Part shown: piece after piece, positions 8,299 through 15,589 of the stretch
Position numbering within the stretch: position 1 is the first letter of the stretch
Layout: each line of letters begins with the position of its first letter
IMG/VR virus record: IMGVR_UViG_3300025687_000153
Coordinates: 1 to 35,421 of that record
Length of the DNA stretch: 35,421 bases
Source of the DNA: a virus
Lineage: Duplodnaviria > Caudoviricetes
Reading direction: 5' to 3' (one strand)
The notes under the pieces: model-generated
Databases searched by the model: none
Told to the model about the DNA's origin: nothing
What the model saw: only the letters and a program-made list of their open reading frames with translations
Program-made: the position numbers and the translations under genes

Positions 8299-8701
8299 GT
8301 TCAACTTCCCAACGGCAGGAAAGATTGTCTTCGTATCTCTTCAAAGCATGAGTCTCAAAGACTAAGCTATCATCTCTCCAGAACTGCAACTTTGTCATGC
8401 AGTCCATAATGTTCTTGAGTAGGTTGTCCAGATCTGGCTTCTTGATGTGTGGGACTTGTCCAAGCTCCATCAAAGCCCGATTCTTCTTGCTTGTACTCTT
8501 AGGTATAGGCATGTAGCAAATCACCTTGAGTTTCACTCCGCACTCGATAGGAGAAGGAGGAACATGCTCTTTCAAGTAGAACATGATGAACTCCTCCTCT
8601 GAGCGTTGTTCTTTGCTCTTGTAAGCTTTGGCAAATCCTCCTCTGTTGGAGAATCTCGCTCTTTTTTGAGGTGCTGGCACCAATGGGATTGTTATTTTCA
8701 T
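8282..8701 (-). CDS. rusA: RusA-family Holliday junction resolvase
   Basis: KKPDLDNLLKNIMDCM..WRDDSLV catalytic Asp pattern. Confidence 0.92.
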   Translation of the reverse strand: MKITIPLVPAPQKRARFSNRGGFAKAYKSKEQRSEEEFIMFYLKEHVPPSPIECGVKLKVICYMPIPKSTSKKNRALMELGQVPHIKKPDLDNLLKNIMDCMTKLQFWRDDSLVFETHALKRYEDNLSCRWEVELETIT

Positions 8702-8716
8702 TTATTTCCTTGCAGT

Positions 8717-8775
8717 AAAAAGCCCCCACCAGAATTGTGAAGCGCAACATCCGAATAGATGAACTGGCAGAGGCT
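8717..8775 (-). terminator. Terminator-like hairpin with large (31-nt) loop upstream of rusA
   Basis: AGCCUCUGCCAG/CUGGUGGGGGCU stem (with G-U pairs) followed by UUUU. Confidence 0.55.
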
Positions 8776-8782
8776 CAATTGA

Positions 8783-8881
8783 TTATAACTTATTTGCGAT
8801 TCCTCTTACGATTAAAAGAATCATGATAAAGACTAGGAACACCTGATAATGTTTGAGACTTAGGTTTTTCAATTTCTTCAT
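8783..8881 (-). CDS. Small membrane peptide (32 aa, absent from ORF track)
   Basis: MKKLKNLSLKHYQVFLVFIMILLIVRGIANKL; starts 2 nt after the upstream stop. Confidence 0.5.
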   Translation of the reverse strand: MKKLKNLSLKHYQVFLVFIMILLIVRGIANKL

Positions 8882-8883
8882 CG

Positions 8884-9093
8884 TCAAAATCCTTTATTGT
8901 CGCAATCGCTATCAGATTGCCCTGGTACTTCCTGATCTTTCCGTCGTAACTTATTTCCATTAGCATATTCTTTTTCGATCCTTTCCCACATCGGGAGTGT
9001 TAAAAACTTCTGCTCATCTTCGTGGTACTTGAAAATTGTACCACCGAATTCATCACGTATTGTCCAGCCGTGGTATGGTTCTTTGATTGTCAC
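8884..9093 (-). CDS. Hypothetical protein
   Basis: GTG start overlapping the exonuclease stop, with GAGG-like RBS. Confidence 0.6.
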   Translation of the reverse strand: MTIKEPYHGWTIRDEFGGTIFKYHEDEQKFLTLPMWERIEKEYANGNKLRRKDQEVPGQSDSDCDNKGF

Positions 9094-9872
9094 AGTCCTG
9101 CCTCCTCTAAAATCCAAGGCTTTATTTTATCAAGAGAAGCAGAGGATTCCTTCAAAGGCCAGTGATTTTCTTTGATTGAATGGATCACTTGAGGAAGTGT
9201 TTCACTCAAAAGAATCTCGCCTCTGTTTACAAGCCTTGCAGGGAGCACTTGATAGAAGATATTGACTGGTGACTTCTTGGTCACAGCAAGGAAGATGAAA
9301 GCCTTGGGCGGTCTTCCAAAATGAGACTCAAAGACTTTACTGTACCAAGCTTGCTGTAAATCGTATTTGAAGTCTATGCAAGCTTCAAGAAACTGTTGTT
9401 CGTTCCATGCACTCGTTGACTTCAGGTCAAGAATGCAATCGTCGAAGATGCAATCAAACCTAGCTTTGACTGGCACACCGTCGATTTCAGAATAAATACT
9501 GACTTCGTTCTGTCCTTCTTCAAACCATTTTTGAAAAGGGGATGCCTGAAGGATTGCCGACTGCTCATTGATGATTGAATCAACAATTGTTTTGTCGGCA
9601 TTGTCAGCTTTCCAGGCTTTACCTTCCTTGCTTGCAAGGCTTAATCCCTCTGGCTTGATGCAATACTCCTCTGAGAACCGATCAGGCTCCAGAATCTTTG
9701 CATGAAGTGCATCTCCTTGCTTGAAGGCTTCGTTCTGTACTTCTGGTAGTTCGATGTCTGACCAGTAGCGAACTCCTGCTATGAATGGATTATCAAGATA
9801 TTGCTTCATCATGCTGTTAGATACAGCTCTCCTGCTGTGATACTCTTGGTTTGTATCTTGTACAATAATCAT
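9090..9872 (-). CDS. RecE/exonuclease VIII-like PD-(D/E)xK exonuclease
   Basis: EYH...VSNS, GDALHAKILEP, VKARFDC..ILDLKST, YDLQQAWY; adjacent to the recombinase. Confidence 0.9.
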   Translation of the reverse strand: MIIVQDTNQEYHSRRAVSNSMMKQYLDNPFIAGVRYWSDIELPEVQNEAFKQGDALHAKILEPDRFSEEYCIKPEGLSLASKEGKAWKADNADKTIVDSIINEQSAILQASPFQKWFEEGQNEVSIYSEIDGVPVKARFDCIFDDCILDLKSTSAWNEQQFLEACIDFKYDLQQAWYSKVFESHFGRPPKAFIFLAVTKKSPVNIFYQVLPARLVNRGEILLSETLPQVIHSIKENHWPLKESSASLDKIKPWILEEAGL

Positions 9873-10762
9873 TTCCACTCCGCTTCGTCCACAAGCTTGC
9901 TCAAAGCTCTGAGTTCTGAATCCTTCCACATTCCAGGGTCATCCCCGTAGCACCCAACTTCCGCAACTGCTGAAGTTAAATCAAAACCCTTTTCCTTGGC
10001 ATCTTCTGCAATGAATTTGAATTCTTCCACTCGCTTTTTGTAGCCTTTGGGTTTCTTGGGCTTCTCTTCAGATGGTAGAACATAAGCTTCTACTTGCTTG
10101 GCTTTTTTTTCCTCAACTGTTTCCTTTTTGGAAATTGTTGGAAGGGCAGAGTCCAAGGCTATCTTGATCTCATTCTGAGCTGGTGCTGGCTCATGTTGGA
10201 TCGGCCCCATATCTTTAAATGATTCTGTTTCCTGAGCTTCTTCTGTGGTTATTAGTCCCATGAGTGCATCAGCGAACTGTGTACGCAATGCCCAAGTTCT
10301 TGCTCTGTTTCTGAGCATCTTTCTGGGGTATTGTTTCCAGGGCCCTGTCTTTCCCCAGAGTCCTGCAATCTGTGCATCCTCTTTGCTGAATGTTTCTGTT
10401 ACTGGAGGCTTACCTTTTCTTTTTACAGTACACATAGCTTCCCATGATTCCTTGTCGAAGGATTCCTCGATACCTTCATAATCTGGGTGAGACTGGCATA
10501 CTGCTACAAGACCATCGCCCCACAGACTAGGGCGTCCGTTTATTACAGAGATATTCTGAACTGATTGAAATGGGTTCAGCCCTATTTGCTGTCCCATGCT
10601 CATGGCGATAAAAATATCCTCAGCGGATTTGTGACCAGCTTTGAAGCTAGTCTTTGAAATAATGTCGGCCAGTTTCCATGCTTGGCCTAAGTTGTTTGGC
10701 TTAAACTCGGACAATTCAGTCCAAGTCTTGCCGATGATTTCTTTTCCTTTTGTTTCACTCAT
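9869..10762 (-). CDS. RecT/Redbeta-like single-strand annealing recombinase
   Basis: GQQIGLNPFQSVQNISVINGRPSLWG, GPWKQYPRKMLRNRARTWALRTQFADALMG. Confidence 0.88.
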   Translation of the reverse strand: MSETKGKEIIGKTWTELSEFKPNNLGQAWKLADIISKTSFKAGHKSAEDIFIAMSMGQQIGLNPFQSVQNISVINGRPSLWGDGLVAVCQSHPDYEGIEESFDKESWEAMCTVKRKGKPPVTETFSKEDAQIAGLWGKTGPWKQYPRKMLRNRARTWALRTQFADALMGLITTEEAQETESFKDMGPIQHEPAPAQNEIKIALDSALPTISKKETVEEKKAKQVEAYVLPSEEKPKKPKGYKKRVEEFKFIAEDAKEKGFDLTSAVAEVGCYGDDPGMWKDSELRALSKLVDEAEWK

Positions 10763-10902
10763 TTCTTTCCCTTTCCTTGCGTTGCCTGTCTCAATAACAG
10801 GTTAATAGTTTGGTTGATTGATCTCTCGTTGCGCTCTGCGAGCTTCCTGATTTTTTCATATGTCTCAGTTTCTACTCGCAAAGCGAAGTTTACTTTGCTC
10901 AT
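10759..10902 (-). CDS. Arc/Mnt-like ribbon-helix-helix repressor (47 aa, absent from ORF track)
   Basis: MSKVNFALRVETETYEKIRKLAERNERSINQTINLLL follows the Arc pattern F-x-L-R...K-x-A-x-x-N-x-R-S-x-N. AGGAGG RBS; stop overlaps the recombinase ATG. Confidence 0.85.
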   Translation of the reverse strand: MSKVNFALRVETETYEKIRKLAERNERSINQTINLLLRQATQGKGKK

Positions 10903-11099
10903 TAATCTAGCCTCCTTGCGTGCTGATATGCTTTGAGAAGTGTGTCAAAACTCCTCTTTATTGTGTGGTCACTCTGCTTCCAGAGCACCACATTCCAGGT
11001 GAATTGACCGTCCCGAAAGTGCTTTAGTTGCACTGTGGGAGTTAGGTTGATAGTTGCGCTTAATTGTCCAATTGAATTGGTGTGTTTTTTTACATTCAT
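10902..11099 (-). CDS. Hypothetical protein (65 aa, MNVKKHTN...)
   Basis: GCAAGGAAAGGAAAAGAAAATG start context. The longer track ORF would run through the ribozyme. Confidence 0.7.
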   Translation of the reverse strand: MNVKKHTNSIGQLSATINLTPTVQLKHFRDGQFTWNVVLWKQSDHTIKRSFDTLLKAYQHARRLD

Positions 11100-11139
11100 T
11101 TTCTTTTCCTTTCCTTGCTTTTGGTTTGTTGTTTTGGTT

Positions 11140-11192
11140 TCCAAGACTCCCGAAGGAGTTTCGCCTAGATCCCTCAAGGCTCGTCAGTTGGA
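11140..11192 (-). ncRNA. Type I hammerhead ribozyme
   Basis: Minus strand reads UCCAA-CUGACGA-GCCU(UGAGGGAUCU)AGGC-GAA-ACUCC(UUCG)GGAGU-C^UUGGA. The core is complete and all three stems pair. Predicted cut is between 11145 and 11144. Confidence 0.93.
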
Positions 11193-11193
11193 T

Positions 11194-11358
11194 TTATCTT
11201 TTATTGCCCCATTCTTTTGCCTTCTGTGATATTTTTTTCACTTGATCTTCGGTTAAAACTTTGCAAGCCTCACCAATAAAATCTAAAAAAAATTGTCTTG
11301 AGCCTTTTGGATCGAAGGGCATTTCCTCGGTAATGATGTCTAATTTTTTTCTTATCAT
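11194..11358 (-). CDS. Hypothetical protein (54 aa, MIRKKLDI...)
   Basis: AAGGGG RBS; stop abuts the ribozyme. Confidence 0.65.
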   Translation of the reverse strand: MIRKKLDIITEEMPFDPKGSRQFFLDFIGEACKVLTEDQVKKISQKAKEWGNKR

Positions 11359-11362
11359 TTTA

Positions 11363-11614
11363 TTACCCCTTACTTGGTGGTGTACAAGGCACCACCGTGA
11401 CAAACTTATCGTGGATTGATTCTGGCAATTCGGTCAATACAGTTGCGTTGATATAATTGGCTACTTCTGTGGCCAAATCTTTCATGGTATGCACTTTACC
11501 GTACAAATTAAGTAGATTTCTAATCAGTTTCAGTTCATCTTGTGCGTAAACATTGCTCTCAATGTGAGAGCACATAGTCACTGCGTAGTGACCTTCCCAT
11601 TTAATTGTTTCCAT
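11363..11614 (-). CDS. Hypothetical protein, first gene after strong early promoter
   Basis: GCAAGGAATTGAGATG start context. Confidence 0.7.
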   Translation of the reverse strand: METIKWEGHYAVTMCSHIESNVYAQDELKLIRNLLNLYGKVHTMKDLATEVANYINATVLTELPESIHDKFVTVVPCTPPSKG

Positions 11615-11651
11615 CTCAATTCCTTGCGTTAAATCCGTTGTGGATATTTTT

Positions 11652-11680
11652 ATAATAACCTCAATCTGATATCATTGCAA
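11652..11680 (-). promoter_or_regulatory. Sigma70-type early promoter with AT-rich UP element
   Basis: TTGCAA(11680-11675)-17 nt-TATTAT(11657-11652), directly after the ssb terminator. Confidence 0.7.
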
Positions 11681-11701
11681 TACTATTTGAAATTATTTTT
11701 A

Positions 11702-11742
11702 GAAATAAAAAAGCCGTTGATTTCAAATGTGGCTCAACGGCT
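11702..11742 (-). terminator. Intrinsic terminator after ssb
   Basis: Perfect 9-bp stem AGCCGTTGA/TCAACGGCT followed by a T-tract. Confidence 0.8.
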
Positions 11743-11779
11743 AAAGCCTCTGTACAGTCGACTAACGATTGTTAGTGAC

Positions 11780-12181
11780 TCAGAACGGAATTTCAGAATC
11801 GTCCACGTCGATGCTTGAAACGTCTACTGTTGGTTTTTTCTGAGGTTTCTGTGCCTTGGGCTTTGATCCAGAATTGCTATTCTTTCCAGGGGGGAACTCG
11901 AAACGATCAATAATCACGCCAGTGGAAAACTTCTTTTCCCCGTCTTTCTCCCATGTGTCCGTCTTTATTCTTCCCTGTACCTGGATTCCATCACCTTGTG
12001 ATAGGTACTGGTCTATAATTTCCGCAGTCTTTCCAAAAGCAGTACAGCGCACAAACTCTGGATCGTCATCCTTTTTGTATCCATCCAAAGCAATCGTAAA
12101 CTTTGCAATCTTCAATCCTGATCCTGTTTCCTTTAATTCAATGTCTCGGGCAATACGCCCCATCAAAACAACTAAGTTCAT
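11780..12181 (-). CDS. ssb: Single-stranded DNA-binding protein
   Basis: MNLVVLMGRIARDIELK, FVRCTAFGKTAE, acidic tail ending DDSEIPF. Confidence 0.96.
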   Translation of the reverse strand: MNLVVLMGRIARDIELKETGSGLKIAKFTIALDGYKKDDDPEFVRCTAFGKTAEIIDQYLSQGDGIQVQGRIKTDTWEKDGEKKFSTGVIIDRFEFPPGKNSNSGSKPKAQKPQKKPTVDVSSIDVDDSEIPF

Positions 12182-12501
12182 ATCTTCTTTCCATCCTTTA
12201 GGGTAACTCTCTTTTCGGCTACCTCACATTTTATGTCATTACCAAACATCTTGCGTGTTTGACTTCTAATCCAGTTATGAGCTTCTCTCCATTTGGGAGT
12301 GATTGATAATAATCCTTTCCAATCGCTCTTTCTCATGAAGGTGTTCATTCTTTCCTCTAGTTTGTAAAGTCTTTCTAGAACATCGGGCCTTTGTTCTAAA
12401 AACTTCATCTCCCAATCACCTAAACAATCCTCTGCGCATTCTTCTATCTCCTGTAAGAACTTCAGATACAAAGGGTGTTGATTCTCCTTTTCCTGACACA
12501 T
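12178..12501 (-). CDS. Hypothetical protein
   Basis: 107-aa ORF coupled to ssb. Confidence 0.7.
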   Translation of the reverse strand: MCQEKENQHPLYLKFLQEIEECAEDCLGDWEMKFLEQRPDVLERLYKLEERMNTFMRKSDWKGLLSITPKWREAHNWIRSQTRKMFGNDIKCEVAEKRVTLKDGKKI

Positions 12502-12503
12502 GA

Positions 12504-12869
12504 CTAGCCTATCCTCATGTGTTCCATGCCTTTATGCTGTGCGATTGAAACTTTTGTTTTGTGGTCGCAGAGTTCGCACCAAAAAATGATGTTAACTCCA
12601 TTCCTTCTTTCGCTTGGATTCCTAGTCTTAGACGCAACACAATTTTGCTTTAGTGATAAACCAAGTTGCTCCTTGGAGTCCTCTCCAAAAGGGTTTGATT
12701 TTGGGCCATGATTGATAATGTATACAGGGTACTTTTCTTCGTCTTCATATCTTGAGAAAACTTCCACTCTGTGCTGATGAATGTTTTCAGAATCACACTC
12801 ACCGCATTTAAGAGTCACTTCATTATCGCCTCTGTACATTGCTCTTCTTAATTCTTCTGAGTTTGTCAT
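12504..12869 (-). CDS. Hypothetical zinc-ribbon protein
   Basis: KCGECDS...FWCELCD; AAAGG RBS. Confidence 0.72.
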   Translation of the reverse strand: MTNSEELRRAMYRGDNEVTLKCGECDSENIHQHRVEVFSRYEDEEKYPVYIINHGPKSNPFGEDSKEQLGLSLKQNCVASKTRNPSERRNGVNIIFWCELCDHKTKVSIAQHKGMEHMRIG

Positions 12870-12881
12870 AACATAACCTTT

Positions 12882-14936
12882 CTAAGCGTATGCTGATCTA
12901 TCAACATACTTTAATAATTCGAAATCTGTAGAAATCGGTGGACAGGGCCAATAATTACCTCTAGCTCCACCAATCGTTGTGTTTTTTGGCTTCAGTCCAT
13001 GCTTACGTAAAATCGCTCCAATCTCTCTTGAAGCCTTACCACTGCAGTCCCTCCTTCCAGTTAAGTTTTCATAAATGTCTGAAACCATTGTGTAATTTTC
13101 TCTTTCATTAGAACCCCAATCGAACATTTTAAGAATGCCTTCTTCCCAGCTTTGAATGGGTTCAAACTCTTTTAATATCTCTTGAAGCTTCTTTTCATCT
13201 TTAGAGTCAAGAAGCCAGGAGCCAACTCCCTTGGTCTTGTACTCAAAATATGCCTGTGCATAAACTTGTTGTAAGTTGATTTTATGTGACCAGTCCAGCT
13301 TCTTCACTGGAAATACCCACCATCTTGAGTTACCTGTTGTGTCATTCAGAAATTCTTTGTCGTTCACAGATGCACAAAAAATGGTTTGCCTTGGAAATCT
13401 CTTCCAACTTTTACGATAAGGTAAGCGCAACAAGTCAACAACTGTAGTAATAAATGCCTTCAGCTTTGCAATATCGGTCTTCCTGAATGTTGCGTCAAGT
13501 TCTCCTAGTTCTGTTATCCAGCCACAGATTGATTCGTATCTTGAGTCTTTGTCTTGTAGGTTTAAACTGGCTCCAGAGTAAATGTACTCTGATAACTTCT
13601 TTGGTAGTAGTCGCATGATCCAGGAAGTTTTACCCACAGACTGTTCACCTTGTAGAACTAGAACGCCCTTGGTAAATGCGTCTGTACCCTTCTCAAAGAG
13701 AATCGCAACTGCACTAACCAGCCACTTTGTAAAAAGCTTTGCAAAAAACTTTTTGTCATCTTCTGTTATATGATCCTGAAAAGTAATCGTCTCAAAGAGT
13801 TCTTTGACATAGTCTCGTTCCCCGTCCCAATCTGAAGAAAGAACCCATTCCGCTATGGGGTTTTCTTCGTTTTCTGGTAAATCGCAAACAGCGTTTACAA
13901 GTTCACCAGCTCTCTTAGTGCTTAGAGTCATTTCATAATCAGAGGCATACTCTATTATTCTCTCAATGTGGAAATCGTTTAGTCTTTCCTTCTTGCCTTG
14001 GTACTCAAAAAAGAAATCTTTTAAAACAGTGTTTAGCGTTATCTTGATACCCTTCATAGCTAAAAGTGCTTGAAAGTTACATAATAGAGCCTTTGGCTTA
14101 CCTTCCTTGTTCTTTCTTTTGAAATACTTGTTCTGCGGTGCATACTTTGCCAGTTCTTCTTTTGTGAACAATGCTAGAAAGTCCATGAATCCGTAATCTT
14201 GGCACTTGTTCGCATGACATGTAATCTTGGGCCACTGTCCATCTTCCTGGATGAATGCACAGGAACTTATCTCCTGATCGTGTTCATGCCAAGGGCAATC
14301 ACAACGAGTAAAACCAGACGGCTCTTTTTCTCCGTACTTCAGGCCTTTGGCTTCTAACAGGTCTTCAATAACAAGATTCTTGAAGTCTATTCCTGCCAGA
14401 GCTTTCGATGCACTAACCTTAATAGTCTTAAACTTTTCACCCGATTGGCTCAATTCAAGGGGCATTCTACCCTTTACATGGGAAGGGTAGAACCATCCTT
14501 GCTCTGCACAGTAAGACTTTTCATCAATGCAGTCCTTGTATTCATCTATACCCAAAAACTTAATGAGAGCTTCCACAGTTGGCTTGAACTCGTTTATTGT
14601 GCAGGGTTGATCCAATGGGAATATGGCTCTAATTTTATGTAGGTCTTGGGTGTGACTCCTGGTGGTGTGCATAGAAAATTCTAAACCTGAGTCACAGAAC
14701 CATTCTTCGCAGTCCTCCCAAGTAATGTGATTCCCCCCAGATTGGTTATCAATATCAAGGACAACCGCATGAGTTCGGATCACATTTGTCTTTTTTCTGT
14801 AGTTTGCACGAAATTGCGTGAACGAATACTGAGGCGCACCGTTATCTTTTGAATGCTTTAGTGCAATTGATTTAGTTGGGAATGGGGCTTTGTAGCCTCT
14901 AGGGTTCTCTTTACTCTTGAAATGAGTTACAATCAT
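12882..14936 (-). CDS. Primase-helicase: AEP-type primase, Zn finger and VirE/VapE-like P-loop helicase
   Basis: VLDIDN, HTTRSH, KIRAIFPL (AEP motifs); CPWHEH..CHANKC; LQGEQSVGKTS Walker A, ELGEL, RLPY, FCASVN, TGNSRWW. ATG 14936 follows GAAAGG. Confidence 0.9.
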   Translation of the reverse strand: MIVTHFKSKENPRGYKAPFPTKSIALKHSKDNGAPQYSFTQFRANYRKKTNVIRTHAVVLDIDNQSGGNHITWEDCEEWFCDSGLEFSMHTTRSHTQDLHKIRAIFPLDQPCTINEFKPTVEALIKFLGIDEYKDCIDEKSYCAEQGWFYPSHVKGRMPLELSQSGEKFKTIKVSASKALAGIDFKNLVIEDLLEAKGLKYGEKEPSGFTRCDCPWHEHDQEISSCAFIQEDGQWPKITCHANKCQDYGFMDFLALFTKEELAKYAPQNKYFKRKNKEGKPKALLCNFQALLAMKGIKITLNTVLKDFFFEYQGKKERLNDFHIERIIEYASDYEMTLSTKRAGELVNAVCDLPENEENPIAEWVLSSDWDGERDYVKELFETITFQDHITEDDKKFFAKLFTKWLVSAVAILFEKGTDAFTKGVLVLQGEQSVGKTSWIMRLLPKKLSEYIYSGASLNLQDKDSRYESICGWITELGELDATFRKTDIAKLKAFITTVVDLLRLPYRKSWKRFPRQTIFCASVNDKEFLNDTTGNSRWWVFPVKKLDWSHKINLQQVYAQAYFEYKTKGVGSWLLDSKDEKKLQEILKEFEPIQSWEEGILKMFDWGSNERENYTMVSDIYENLTGRRDCSGKASREIGAILRKHGLKPKNTTIGGARGNYWPCPPISTDFELLKYVDRSAYA

Positions 14937-14949
14937 CGTATAACCTTTC

Positions 14950-14997
14950 AAAGCCTTCGGTTTAGTTTTGCAGACAGCCGAGGGCTTTATTTTTTTT
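14950..14997. promoter_or_regulatory. Hairpin in the primase leader; reads as an intrinsic terminator on the plus (antisense) strand
   Basis: AAAGCCTTCGG(14950-14960)/CCGAGGGCTTT(14978-14988) followed by T8 on the plus strand. Confidence 0.65.
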
Positions 14998-15009
14998 CGA
15001 CTGCCTAAG

Positions 15010-15038
15010 AATATACAAAGTTCTCAGTAGAGAAGCAA
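15010..15038 (-). promoter_or_regulatory. Sigma70-type promoter for primase-helicase operon
   Basis: TTGCTT(15038-15033)-17 nt-TATATT(15015-15010). Confidence 0.65.
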
Positions 15039-15108
15039 GCATACATTCTACCCCAGATCCCCGACGCATGACCCCTCAGATATTCATTCACCCACAAATT
15101 AGTTCAAG

Positions 15109-15370
15109 ATTTGTGACTTTTTTGTAAGTTTTTTGTGACCCTCTAGGGGTATTGAATACTGGCATCTCCAAGCTTTTAACAAATTACTGAGAAAAATAAG
15201 GTTATTAAATATTATTAAGAGAAAGGGGTAGTTATTAAGTACAGCGGATTATATAAGTATATGGTTTACAAGTTTTGTCAGTTTTTTCTCAGTAATTTGT
15301 TAAACCTATCGGAGAACAGCTCTACCAAAGGGATTGAGGGTCACAAATTTCTCACAAAAAACCCACAAAT
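15109..15370. repeat. Nested inverted repeats / probable replication origin
   Basis: Perfect 22-bp IR at 15175-15196/15283-15304 and 29/35 IR at 15109-15143/15336-15370 share the axis 15239.5. TTTGTG-type iterons at 11-bp spacing; AT-rich core. Confidence 0.85.
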
Positions 15371-15528
15371 TACAAAACTCTTTTGTTAACGTTGGTTGAA
15401 TTGGCTTTTGAGAAGGGGGAAAGGGGGGCAATAAAAGAATTTTTTAAATACCCCTATACAAAATCGTAATATTTGATAGACTAACGGAATAGTACAAAGA
15501 ACCTTTTCTTTCTACTTTCTTGCAGTGG

Positions 15529-15573
15529 CCCTGGGTTGATTGGTTGGAATGGATCGCCCGGGGTTTTTCTTTT
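15529..15573 (+). terminator. Terminator-like hairpin immediately upstream of the late promoter
   Basis: CCCTGGG...CCCGGGG followed by TTTTTCTTTT. Confidence 0.6.
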
Positions 15574-15574
15574 G

Positions 15575-15583
15575 TGGTATAAT
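15575..15583 (+). promoter_or_regulatory. Extended -10 promoter for terS (probably leaderless mRNA)
   Basis: TGGTATAAT ends 7 nt before ATG 15590; no SD present. Confidence 0.65.
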
Positions 15584-15589
15584 TTTGGT

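Noticed and set aside
10902-11177. 91-aa track ORF starting at 11177
   Set aside because: Its N-terminal part runs through the hammerhead and lacks an RBS. ATG 11099 has a strong RBS.
15109-15370. N15-like telomere resolution site or CRISPR array
   Set aside because: The centre is not palindromic, no protelomerase is recognisable, and there is no repeat-spacer periodicity.
15415-15428. G-rich tract as a G-quadruplex
   Set aside because: Only two G-runs are present. Noted only as a loose mirror of the C-tracts on the other side of the origin.
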